Source: Octopus bimaculoides (taxonomy: Eukaryota). From it: DNA of 38,723 bases. Both the position numbers and the translations under genes were made by a program. Positions within the stretch are counted from its first letter, which is position 1. Every line of letters starts with the position of its first letter. Under the pieces are notes generated by a model. The model had not been told where the DNA came from and searched no databases. It saw only the letters and a list, made by a program, of their open reading frames with translations. This document shows positions 12,793 to 22,881 of the stretch, one piece after another. The DNA lies in NCBI RefSeq assembly GCF_001194135.2, contig NC_068998.1, positions 46,122,828 to 46,161,550 of the forward strand, written 5' to 3'.

Positions 12793-13425
12793 TGCTGGTA
12801 TTAGTTTTCATTTCAAAATCTGGAAGACTCAAGCACAAGGGGGTTCTGGAAAGTTCTTGGCTTTGGATAAAAGAAACTACAAGATTAGTTAATTATGATT
12901 TTATTGAACATACTCCCCTCTCAAACTCACATATTTATTGCAGTGGTCCTTCAGTTTTTCTAAACCCTTTAAAACAACTCGGAAGGTTGGGCCTCCAACC
13001 AGGCCTTTTGTGATACCCTTAAAGCCAGGAACTTTTCAGCACCCCCTCATAATTAGAAGCAAGCCATTATTTCCTTTCTGCAAAAAAGTTCATTCTTGTC
13101 CCCCATCTCTAATAATCTGCCATTCTAGTTTCACACTCTTGTAATACTCCCCCCCCCCACTTGCCAAGCCTTTGTTCATGATCTGTCTTATATTCACCCT
13201 CTTGTACTTTGAGGAGTACATTTTGACTCCTCATCACCTCTGTTGAACATTTTACAGGTAATTATGTCAAAGGTGAATCAGAAAACATTTAAAAGCAAAA
13301 GATTTTTTTATTTGTGGTAGTTAAGGACAAATGGTAGAAATTAGAGTCAATATTATAGAGAATTCCTTGACAAATTCCATGAAGAACAACGAAACAATAT
13401 TTGGTATTATGTAAAAACAGAACAT

Positions 13426-13431
13426 TTTATT
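13426..13431 (-). terminator. Candidate polyadenylation signal (AATAAA) for the HPDL transcript
   Basis: Plus-strand tttatt reads AATAAA on the minus strand, about 840 nt past the stop codon. Such hexamers are common in AT-rich DNA, so support is weak. Confidence 0.2.
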
Positions 13432-13594
13432 TTTTGGAAAATATTCTTTAGACATTGAGGTGGTGGTGGTGTTGGCAGTGATGTGTGACCCCCTAAGTTA
13501 GCCTTCACTCAGCAGTCTTATGACAAGGTACATTGTGATAAAGTAATGAATGAAACAAACAATAAAAAAGATTAATAACTAAAACCACCCAAGC

Positions 13595-14145
13595 CCCACT
13601 CACACTCAGTTACATCACCCAATTCCTCAACACCTCCACTTACACTTAGTTACACCACCCAACTCTACAACATCTCTCACTCACACTTAGTTGTATCACC
13701 CAACTCTACAATACACCTCCGCTCATACTCAGACATACTACTCAATTCTTCAATGCCTCCACTCACATTCAGTTACGTCACCAAACTCCAGAACATTTCA
13801 ACTCACACTCAGTTATACCACTCAACTCTATAGCAAACCTCCACTTACACTCAGTTACAACACCACTCCACTCAGACTCTGTTACAATTCACACAGAGCA
13901 TATCTCCACTCAGACTCTGTTACAATTCACACAGAGCATACCTCCACTCAGACTTAATTACAATTCACACACAGCATACCTCCACTCAGATTCAGTTATA
14001 ATTCACTCACACTGAATTACACCGCCAAACTCCAAAACACCTCCACTCACACTCTATTATACCTCCCAACTGCTCAACACCTCCACAACTCATGCTCAGT
14101 TACACCACCCAACTCTGCAACACCTTTACTCACACTCAACTCACC
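13595..14145. repeat. Degenerate ~38-42-bp minisatellite immediately 3' of the HPDL stop codon
   Basis: About 13-14 units of ccactcacactcagttacaccacccaactctacaacacct, with an internal run of near-identical 38-bp variants (ccactcagactctgttacaattcacacagagcatacct). Confidence 0.85.
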
Positions 14146-14265
14146 TAGCCACTCACCCAAGTATTTACTAACTTAGTTCTGCATCACAACAACCACCTCC
14201 ACCACCACAAGCAATAATATAGGCATGTGTGTGTGTGTTTGAGTGAAAGTGTGTGTACGTAAGTA

Positions 14266-14431
14266 TCACACATCATGTTGTTGTTGTTCTGTTTGTAGCA
14301 GAGCTTGTAGGGACCTCCAGAGTGCTATGATATTGTTGGCACCAAACCCTGTGGCTCCCATTCTTTGGATGATTTCAAAGAAGAATGTGTTCACCTCAAA
14401 GATTGGTTTCGTAAACTTCTGCAGCAGATAC
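14266..14431 (-). CDS. HPDL: HPDL-type dioxygenase, terminal coding exon 5 (166 nt including TGA)
   Basis: Acceptor tgtctttgttttgcAG; AA+G completes Lys396. Reads [54 protein letters not shown], containing the Fe-ligand Glu in FFEIIQR (E415) and the GATGFG..NI.ALW C-terminal helix. Stop TGA at 14268-14266. Confidence 0.93.
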
Positions 14432-14471
14432 CTGCAAAACAAAGACAAACAAACAAATAAATAAACAAACA

Positions 14472-15075
14472 AATAGGTGTTGGCATGGCTATGTGGTAAA
14501 AAGTTTGCTTCCCAACCATATGCTTCTAGGTTCATTCCCACTGCCTGGCACCTTGGGCAAGTGTCACCTATTATAGCTTCAGGCCAACCAAAGCCTTGTG
14601 AATGGATTTGATAAGCAGAAACTGAAAGAAGCCGGTGAGCTGGCAGAAACGTTAGCACGCCGGGCGAAATGCTTAGCGGTATTTCGTCTGCCGCTACGTT
14701 ATGAATTCAAATCCCGCTGAGGTCGACTTTGCCTTTCATCCTTTTGGAGGTCAATTAAATAAGTACCAGTTACGCACTGGGGTCGATATAATCAACTTAA
14801 TCTGTTTGTCTGTCCTTGTTTGTCCCCTCTGTGTGTAGCCCCTTGTGGGCAGTAAAAACAAATAAGAAACTGAAAGAAGCCCCTTGTATATATGCGTGTG
14901 CTTGTGTCTGTGTTTGTCCTCCACCCACTGCAAATGGTGCTGGTATGTTTATGTCCCCATAACTTAGTGATTTGGCAAAAGGGACCGATAGAATGAGTAC
15001 TGGGGTTGATTCATTTGACTAAAATTCTACATGGTGTTGCCCCAGTATGGCCACAATCTATTGACTAAAACAAGT
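14472..15075 (+). mobile_element. SINE family A (CpG-decayed) in HPDL intron 4, host of a nested SINE B
   Basis: Family A head and core precede 14633, and body and tail resume after 14865. Confidence 0.75.
14634..14864 (+). mobile_element. SINE family B (gagctggcagaaacgttagcacgccgggcg...gaggtcgactttgcctttcatcc...) inserted with a 17-bp TSD
   Basis: agaaactgaaagaagcc occurs identically at 14617-14633 and 14865-14881. Confidence 0.85.
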
Positions 15076-15914
15076 GCCTAGAGCAGAAAATAATAATAAA
15101 AGTCGACCATGGCGGAATTTGAACTCAGAGGGTAAAGCATTTGGTGTGCTGAGAAGAAGAAAGAAGAATGCTTTGCAATTTTTGCCAGCAGTTTTTTCTA
15201 TTGGCCCCAAGAGGATTATATGTAAAGATGTTTTTTAGCGGGATTTGAACTCAGAATGTTAGGAGCTAGAACAAATGTTAAGCATTTTGTCTGATGTGCT
15301 AACAATTCTGCCAGCTTGGTTTTTTTCCCACTTAGGCACAAAACAAGAAAATTTTTTTAAAAGACAGACTTAAAGCTGGTGATATTGGCCCCTGTATTTG
15401 ACTGGTGTCTATTTTATCAGCTTCAAAATTCAAGTTGCTACATGGTCACTAAACTTGCTAGAAATAGCAGCTAAATCATACTCACAACCTTACNNNNNNN
15501 NNNNNNNNNNNNNNNNNNNNNNNNNNNNNNNNNNNNNNNNNNNNNNNNNNNNNNNNNNNNNNNNNNNNNNNNNNNNNNNNNNNNNNNNNNNNNNNNNNNN
15601 NNNNNNNNNNNNNNNNNNNNNNNNNNNNNNNNNNNNNNNNNNNNNNNNNNNNNNNNNNNNNNNNNNNNNNNNNNNNNNNNNNNNNNNNNNNNNNNNNNNN
15701 NNNNNNNNNNNNNNNNNNNNNNNNNNNNNNNNNNNNNNNNNNNNNNNNNNNNNNNNNNNNNNNNNNNNNNNNNNNNNNNNNNNNNNNNNNNNNNNNNNNN
15801 NNNNNNNNNNNNNNNNNNNNNNNNNNNNNNNNNNNNNNNNNNNNNNNNNNNNNNNNNCCCCAAAATTTCGGGCCTTGTGCTCAGAGTAGAAAAGAATAAT
15901 CATGATTCTTTCTC

Positions 15915-16065
15915 ATTTTGGCACAAGGCCAGAATTTTTGAAGGAAGGAGCAAGGATGAAAGGACAAGGTTGATCTTGGCAGGATTTGAACTCAGAATGT
16001 AGCGGCAGAGGAAATACTACTAAGCATTTCGCCCGGCATGCTAACGATTCTGCCAGCTCGCGCCA
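15915..16065 (-). mobile_element. SINE family B, internally deleted copy in intron 4
   Basis: ggatttgaactcagaatgtagcggcagaggaaatactactaagcatttcgcccggcatgctaacgattctgccagctc is the reverse of the family B head. Confidence 0.7.
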
Positions 16066-16334
16066 TCACAGCATGACCTTTTTGGGTCAATAAAATAAAA
16101 TACCACTCAAGTACTGGGGTCACTGTAAGCAACTTACCCCTCCCCTCAAAATAGCAGACCTTGTGCCAAAACCAGAACCATTATTTCTTGAAGTGTCAGT
16201 GATTGCATATGAGGCTGCCTTATTGGTTGTTGTGCTGTTGTTTAACCCTAGCACAGCCTTGATAGAGTAACCAGACCTACGATCAAAGACATCCCATGCA
16301 TGACCTTCCCACATAACTCAACTGCCATACTTAC

Positions 16335-16453
16335 TTTGCCTTGTTATCGCCATGGTTTTTATCGTTACCATACTCGACATCAACCAAGATACCAAGGTCT
16401 TCCAGTCTTGAAACTGATTCCTTCATGTTTAAATCTTTCAACATTCCATTTAT
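16335..16453 (-). CDS. HPDL: HPDL-type dioxygenase, coding exon 4 (119 nt; not shown in this frame in the ORF track)
   Basis: Acceptor ttttacattccAG. Reads INGMLKDLNMKESVSRLEDLGILVDVEYGNDKNHGDNKA, where LGILVD matches the HPPD-family GIL(V/L)D motif. Donor AA|GTAAGT, phase 2, which is exactly the phase needed to bridge exon 3 (phase 0) to exon 5. Confidence 0.88.
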
Positions 16454-16802
16454 CTGGAATGTAAAATATTATTTGTTGGTACCAGTAGTACTGGGTATTG
16501 GTGGTGGGTGTAAGGGCAGAAATGGTGAGGGTTGTAGTATATATATATATATGACTAGTAGTAGTGTCAGTGGTAGTAGCCATTTTGGTGGGGAGGCAGT
16601 GGTGGTGGTGATAATGAAGTTAGGTAGTGGTGATGATATTGATGGTGAAGGTAATGGTAGTGGTGACTGTGATTGCAATCATGATGGTGACTGTGATTGC
16701 AATCATGATGGTGATTATGATGATGAGGACAATGGTGATGGTGGTTGTGATTGTTAATGTGATGATGATGATGATGGTGGTGGTAAATAAATTATAACCC
16801 AC

Positions 16803-16954
16803 CTCTTTGTAATAAGTATGTGGAGGGTCCACAAACTGTAGACCCTGTAGTTTCAGAAGGTTGACAGTGTCGACTATGTCCCCTGTATGAAGGGCAACAT
16901 GCTGGATCCCTGGGCCTTTGTGATCCTTCAGAAATGTGTCCACTTGGTTTGGTT
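16803..16954 (-). CDS. HPDL: HPDL-type dioxygenase, coding exon 3 (152 nt)
   Basis: Acceptor ctttaccatttcAG; G+AA completes Glu306. Reads PNQVDTFLKDHKGPGIQHVALHTGDIVDTVNLLKLQGLQFVDPPHTYYKE, containing the second Fe-ligand His in GIQHVAL (H324). Donor GAG|GTGGGT, phase 0. Confidence 0.93.
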
Positions 16955-17030
16955 CTGAAATGGTAAAGAATGATAAGAAGTTTATCTACTGGAAATAGGG
17001 GGAAAAAAAAGGCTATGTGTATATATGTGT

Positions 17031-17094
<64 letters not shown>

Positions 17095-17437
17095 TAATAT
17101 AAGCTGCTAGGTGCAATGTAATACCAGAAAGGAAAATTTGAATCATCACCAAATGCAACTAAGGGTGCCAAAGCACCTACATTGCTAGAAATAAGAGTTA
17201 AAGTACTCTTAATGCTGTAAGTAGAGTGCAATAAAGAAATAAATATATACATGGTCAAATTGAACATTAAAAATAATAAATGACAAAACAATAGTAAGAC
17301 ATACATATGGAGGATATTCAGGAAAGGTGGGAAAAAAGAGTGGATTTTTTACTTTTCAAGCATAGCTCTTCATCAAAAGGAGAAAGGAAAGGTCCGAAGA
17401 AGGAAAAAGTCCACGAAAAGCACATGTGTGGTTACAA

Positions 17438-17469
<32 letters not shown>

Positions 17470-17917
17470 GTATGTATATATATGTATNNNNNNNNNNNNN
17501 NNNNNNNNNNNNNNNNNNNNNNNNNNNNNNNNNNNNNNNNNNNNNNNNNNNNNNNNNNNNNNNNNNNNNNNNNNNNNNNNNNNNNNNATATATATATATA
17601 TATATATAGATATATAGATAGATAGAACCAGGCAAGGAACGAGAAATGAAGTAGGCGGGGTGGGGGACCTTTGCTGGTCACATTTCCAGATTGATAACAT
17701 TTGATGATGAACTGCTAGAAATAGCAGCTAAATCTCAAATCCATCCCATCATCTTAGGTAAGCACATGCTGGATAATATAGTCCAGGGCTCCTTGCACAT
17801 AAGGAAAAGATGGGATGATCAAAGTTGAATTGTCACAGATCATCGGTCTGCTTGATCAGGGCTGACCCAGGGTTAAAAACAACAACAACAAAAAAAATAA
17901 CAAGATATCATTTTTAC

Positions 17918-18129
17918 CTGAGTCTTTCAAACTTTCAGCAATGACAAATAACAATTTATTACATCCATCATCGCTGTCATCATTGCCACCCACATCACCA
18001 TTGCTGTGATGGTGAAGTGTTGTGTTGGAGGAGACCCCTGTCTCTGCACACTTCCAGTACTCGAAGGCCTTCAAACGAAGGGCCATGTTTGGAAGGTTGA
18101 TCACAAAGCCTTCTCCATCATCTTCTGCA
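17918..18129 (-). CDS. HPDL: HPDL-type dioxygenase, coding exon 2 (212 nt)
   Basis: Acceptor ttgtcattgtAG at 18131-18130; AG+T completes Ser235. Reads AEDDGEGFVINLPNMALRLKAFEYWKCAETG...KLLFVIAESLKDS. Donor CAG|GTAAAA (GT at 17917-17916), phase 1. Confidence 0.9.
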
Positions 18130-18397
18130 CTACAATGACAAATAACACAACCTCTTACATGAAGGGCACAGAAAGAGGGGCTGAGACATTTATAGGAGGA
18201 AAGGGGAGGTGATGGAGGCTGAGGGACTCAAAACCACATACACACACACATTTATGACTGGTACTTTTCCACCATAGGAATATGAAAAGCAAAGTGAACT
18301 TCAGCAAGATTTGAACTCAGAGCATAAAAAGTTGTAACTAAATACGCCAAACCACTTCATCCTTGCAATCTACCAATTCTGATAACCAACATCATTC

Positions 18398-18431
<34 letters not shown>

Positions 18432-19416
18432 CAAGAGCATTCAGAGAGTGCAAACCTCTGCCAAGGCAACATCAATGTTCTCTCAATGATTAGCTAGAGA
18501 TAATTTTTTAAATGAGAATATCTGAAATAAACTCGACTTCTCTCACAAACGAGAATACTAAAAATGAACCCAATTGGTCTCAAAAATTAAGTTAAAAAAT
18601 CAGAAAAATAATCCAGCATCCTTGTCTGGTACTGAATTGATCCCAAAATCTAATCAGTTCGTGTCAGTAACGAGGCCAAACATCCATTACCCAAAGTACT
18701 CCCAGAGTGCATAAATCAGATCTTTATTAATGAATCTTTAAAATTTGTACTTCAGAACAATTATTTCCTATTTGATGACACATACTATCGTCAGAATAGT
18801 ATATATATATATATATATATATGTGTAAAAACATTGTGAAAGCAAATATGATGCAAAGGATTTAAATGCAAAGAACATNNNNNNNNNNNNNNNNNNNNNN
18901 NNNNNNNNNNNNNNNNNNNNNNNNNNNNNNNNNNNNNNNNNNNNNNNNNNNNNNNNNNNNNNNNNNNNNNNNNNNNNNNNNNNNNNNNNNNNNNNNNNNN
19001 NNNNNNNNNNNNNNNNNNNNNNNNNNNNNNNNNNNNNNNNNNNNNNNNNNNNNNNNNNNNNNNNNNNNNNNNNNNNNNNNNNNNNNNNNNNNNNNNNNNN
19101 NNNNNNNNNNNNNNNNNNNNNNNNNNNNNNNNNNNNNNNNNNNNNNNNNNNNNNNNNNNNNNNNNNNNNNNNNNNNNNNNNNNNNNNNNNNNNNNNNNNN
19201 NNNNNNNNNNNNNNNNNNNNNNNNNNNNNNNNNNNNNNNNNNNNNNNNNNNNNNNNNNNNNNNNNNNNNNNNNNNNNNNNNNNNNNNNNNNNNNNNNNNN
19301 NNNNNNNNNNNNNNNNNNNNNNNNNNNNNNNNNNNNNNNNNNNNNNNNNNNNNNNNNNNNNNNNNNNNNNNNNNNNNNNNNNNNNNNNNNNNNNNNNNNN
19401 NNNNNNNNNNNNNNNT

Positions 19417-19592
19417 TTGTCCTCTATCATTGCTTGACAACCGATGCTGGTGTGTTTATGTCCCCGTAACTTAGCGGTTCGGCAAAAAGAGACCGATAGA
19501 ATAAGTACTAGGCTTACAAAGAATAAGTCCTGGGGTCGATTTGCTCGACCAAAAGCGGTGCTCCAGCATGGCCACAATCAAAGAGTAAAAGA
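19417..19592 (+). mobile_element. SINE family A, 3' portion (intron 1)
   Basis: cgcttgacaaccgatgctgg...gaataagtcctggggtcg...ccagcatggcc. A near-identical copy lies at 20855-21040. Confidence 0.75.
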
Positions 19593-19676
19593 TAAATATG
19601 ACGTGTATCAGTGTACAAGCCCACTATAATCGAATATGTTCTAACGATTCTGCCTTTTTTATTGAGAAATAATTAA

Positions 19677-19889
19677 GGCGGCGATCTTACAGAATCGTTA
19701 ACACATCGGGCAAAATGCTTAGCGGCATTTCGTCCGTCTGCACATTCGGAGTTCAAATTTCGCCGAGGTCGACTTTGCCTTACATTTTTCGGAAATCGAT
19801 AAAATAAGTACCAGTTGAACAATGGGGTCGATGTAATCGACTCATCCCCTCCACCAAAACTGCTGCCCTTGGTAGCAAAATTTGAAACC
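19677..19889 (+). mobile_element. SINE family B (intron 1)
   Basis: ggcggcga...aaatgcttagcggcatttcg...gaggtcgactttgcc...gcaaaatttgaaacc. Confidence 0.75.
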
Positions 19890-20519
19890 ATTATTGAGAA
19901 AGAATTAACGACAGACGATGGCATACAACGTGGTCTTTCATTCGCTCGTCCAGTTTTGTTCTTGGAGAGTAACTTGACCAACAGAGTTATCCCCCCTTAA
20001 GGTATGACAGGGTCAACAAAGAATGGTGCCATTCTTCAGCTGAACACATGGAACAGTAAATATGGTTAAATCCGTCAATGTCATTTGCCAGGTATGTTAA
20101 TTCTTTTAATTTCTTCCCCAACTCAAAACCTTTAAGTTTCCTACCCACTAACATATTCTGTGGATGATAATGTATGGTTAAATGTTTACTTTTTTCTTTT
20201 CTTGTTTGTTTCATTTTCAGAGTTTGTTTTTCTACGATGACTAACGTTTACTACTTTTCTCTGAGATTCTACCTTCCTTCCAATTATTGTTTAGCCCCTA
20301 AGTCAATTATTTCACATTATCGAGGGCTGTAGTGAGATGGTAGGGTGTGATTTGAGGAAAATTTGGTTAGTATTTCTATCAAACATCAGTGGTGACATTT
20401 GTAAGTTACGTAAAAATAAGCAGATCCTTAAGATTATCCACTATCTTTCTAACAATAAACTTCAGGCACTTTTGTGAATTCAAAACTTCATTTATAGACG
20501 TGTAGTACCCATGACTTTT

Positions 20520-20630
20520 AGAAACCGTTTATCACAACCAGAATTGCTGATGTATGGATGGAATAAACTTCTTAGGGCAGTTGTTAGTTGTGAGGACACC
20601 TAAACTTTCGAAAGTTTCTGAAATTCACCA
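20520..20630 (+). mobile_element. CR1/L2-type LINE 3'-end relic
   Basis: FITTRIADVW, then frameshifted WNKLLRAVVSCEDT*TFESF, resembles the FxxxRVxxxWNxLPxxVV..FK C-terminus of CR1-clade ORF2. Confidence 0.5.
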
Positions 20631-20854
20631 GCACTGCTCCTGACAAGCCTATGCACCTTTCTTCTTTACGACTCTCTTAATATCCACTTGTTTTTTCTTG
20701 TGTTTTATTTTGTGGACTTCTCGCTTTCATTGCTGTCTTTCTTACGGCTAGTTTCTGTTATTTCTTTTAACCGTTTTCCATAAGTTGTGTGCACCCGAGC
20801 ACTGTATCTATTAAGTTCATTTATTAAGCATACCTAAACATTTGCACGCCTCCT

Positions 20855-21040
20855 GTGTTTGTCCCCCTCCCCAAACATCGCTTGACAACCGATGCTGGTG
20901 TGTTTATGTCCCCGTAAATAGCGGTTCGGCCCAAGAGACCGATAGAATAAGTACTAGGCTTACAAAGAATAAGTCCTGGGATCGATTTGCTCGACTAAAG
21001 GCGGTGCTCCAGCATGGCCACAGTCAAAGAGTAAAAGATA
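20855..21040 (+). mobile_element. SINE family A, 3' portion (intron 1)
   Basis: Matches 19417-19592, including the unusual tail cacagtcaaagagtaaaagataaat(a/g)tgacgt. Confidence 0.75.
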
Positions 21041-21609
21041 AATGTGACGTAAGTCAGTGTACAAGCCCACCAATTTAAAAAAAAATTTTTTTTTATTCAT
21101 TTAAATCCGATATAATCGTAATCTACACGCCCTGAAAAGTATTTGTAGAAAAATTTCATTCAAAATTAGNNNNNNNNNNTACGTGTTCTTTACCTCGGCC
21201 CAAAATTACCGCTTTTTCTGAAGGTTATGAGTAAAAATAGCCGTCTCGTGTGAATTATCCGAAACCCTTCATCCCACTATTCCGATACAATAAGAATCTA
21301 CACCATTTGAAGCGTATTTATAGAAAACTTCATTTAAAAATATCCATTTGTCTGCAACAAATTCGGCTTGTGTGTTATGTCTATGTTCTGCGTTCAAATC
21401 CCGCTGACTGTGTTAAAAAAAAAATGATTTTAAAAGCAAAATAAGTTAAGGTGGTTGATCCTCCATCTTCAAAATGTTTAGCAGCGGGTCTTTGGAGCTA
21501 CATGACTTCAAATGGTAATTATTTTATCGACTCCGAAAGGACAAAAGACATCGTCGACCTCAGCGGCATTTGAACTCTGAACATAAAAAGCCATAAGAAA
21601 TGTCACTAA

Positions 21610-21837
21610 CACTAGCGTAGCGGAGGGGGGGGGGGCGTTTTTCATCCTGTTGTAGGCTATAAGCCAGAATAGATTATATTGAAATAATACGGTATGCGAT
21701 AATTTCCGATATTATAAATAAAATCACTGGAAATGCACGACTTTTGGGTCTGCTGTAAGCAATGTGTTTCTTGTGGGGTCCGGGAGCGGTAAACAGAAGG
21801 GCCGCCCCGGGCGGCACACACTCTAGCTACGCTAGTG
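21610..21837. mobile_element. hAT-like MITE, 228 bp, inserted in a minus-strand SINE B
   Basis: Perfect 12-bp TIRs cactagcgtagc (21610-21621) and gctacgctagtg (21826-21837). Degenerate 8-bp TSD gtcactaa (21602-21609) / gccacaaa (21838-21845). The SINE B sequence resumes (gcatttcg) after the insert. Confidence 0.7.
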
Positions 21838-22726
21838 GCCACAAAGCATTTCGTTAGCCAGAGTTTGTTTACGTAACGTTAAGTTAGCGGTGTTCAATGA
21901 ACCCGGCTGATAGCCAGGTTCTGCCTTAAAGTAGCGGTTAGACGTAATTTAACGAGTCAGCAATGGTCAGACATTGAACGAGTGCATACAGAATGGTTTT
22001 TGTCGCCCTATAAACTCGCGTGGCTGACGGCACTTCTATGCCTATAGAGTCTATCTCAGAATTTATACCCCTCTCCGAGCCAGAGATTTCCGGAACATAA
22101 CCGGTTTCCTGGTTTATAAGCCCTGAGGCGCAGACCAACCACTTGATTCTCACTGACTCCCAGAGTTTCTCCGAGAAACCTGGTCGCGCTTCCTTGCCAC
22201 TAGACCCTCATGGAAATCTAACATGGAAGGTCCGCCGTTTCACTTGCCAAATTGGTGGAGGACTGTGAACGCCTGGCTATTTGCTTGATCAAGGGCGGCA
22301 GCACCATTCAAAGAGACGAGCTACAGAAAGAAGTACCTGACAAACGGTAACGACACTTGCTCACCAAGGGTCTTCGTAGATGCCGTGACCTCAGCGTGTA
22401 ACCTGTATTACCAGCCACAACACGCTGAGACGATAGTCCATTTTGTTTTCGCCTCAAGGTAACGGATGGGTCGAGCATTACACAGAATAAGAAAACAAGA
22501 GAATGAATTCTAGCTCGAGCGAAGATGATTTTAAATCTATTCTTGCTCCGGGTAAAGGCTAGTGCCAGATTTAGATATAATCCAAATCCAGACGATCTAC
22601 ACCGTTTAAGATCTCATACGCCATAAAGAGACTCGACTAAAAGACCAGTATGTTTTAAATTTGGGTGAGACCGTCTAGTGTAACTGTTTTTATAACAAGG
22701 AGCTGCCAAGCTTTTATATACTTTAA

Positions 22727-22881
22727 CCCTTTAACATTCAAATAACTTTGTCAAATGTAATGCTTGTTTGTACACATTGTTTTGAATCAGGACATTGTAG
22801 GGTAGGTGTGAAGGCCAGATCTAGCTGGTTTGAACATAAAACAAGTAGAATATTTAAGCCAGATGTGGCCAGTTAAAAGGG
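22727..22881. mobile_element. piggyBac-like MITE, 155 bp
   Basis: TTAA (22723-22726), CCCTTTAAC ... GTTAAAAGGG, TTAA (22882-22885). Confidence 0.65.

Noticed and set aside
14432-14658. N-terminal part of the 130-aa minus-strand ORF
   Set aside because: It is antisense SINE sequence upstream of the exon 5 acceptor; only 14266-14431 is coding.
16620-16802. Read-through of the exon 3 ORF into a Thr/Ile-rich tail
   Set aside because: This is intron 3 low-complexity sequence, including a 24-bp tandem duplication at 16661-16708. A good donor at 16802 and a phase-compatible exon 4 explain the structure.
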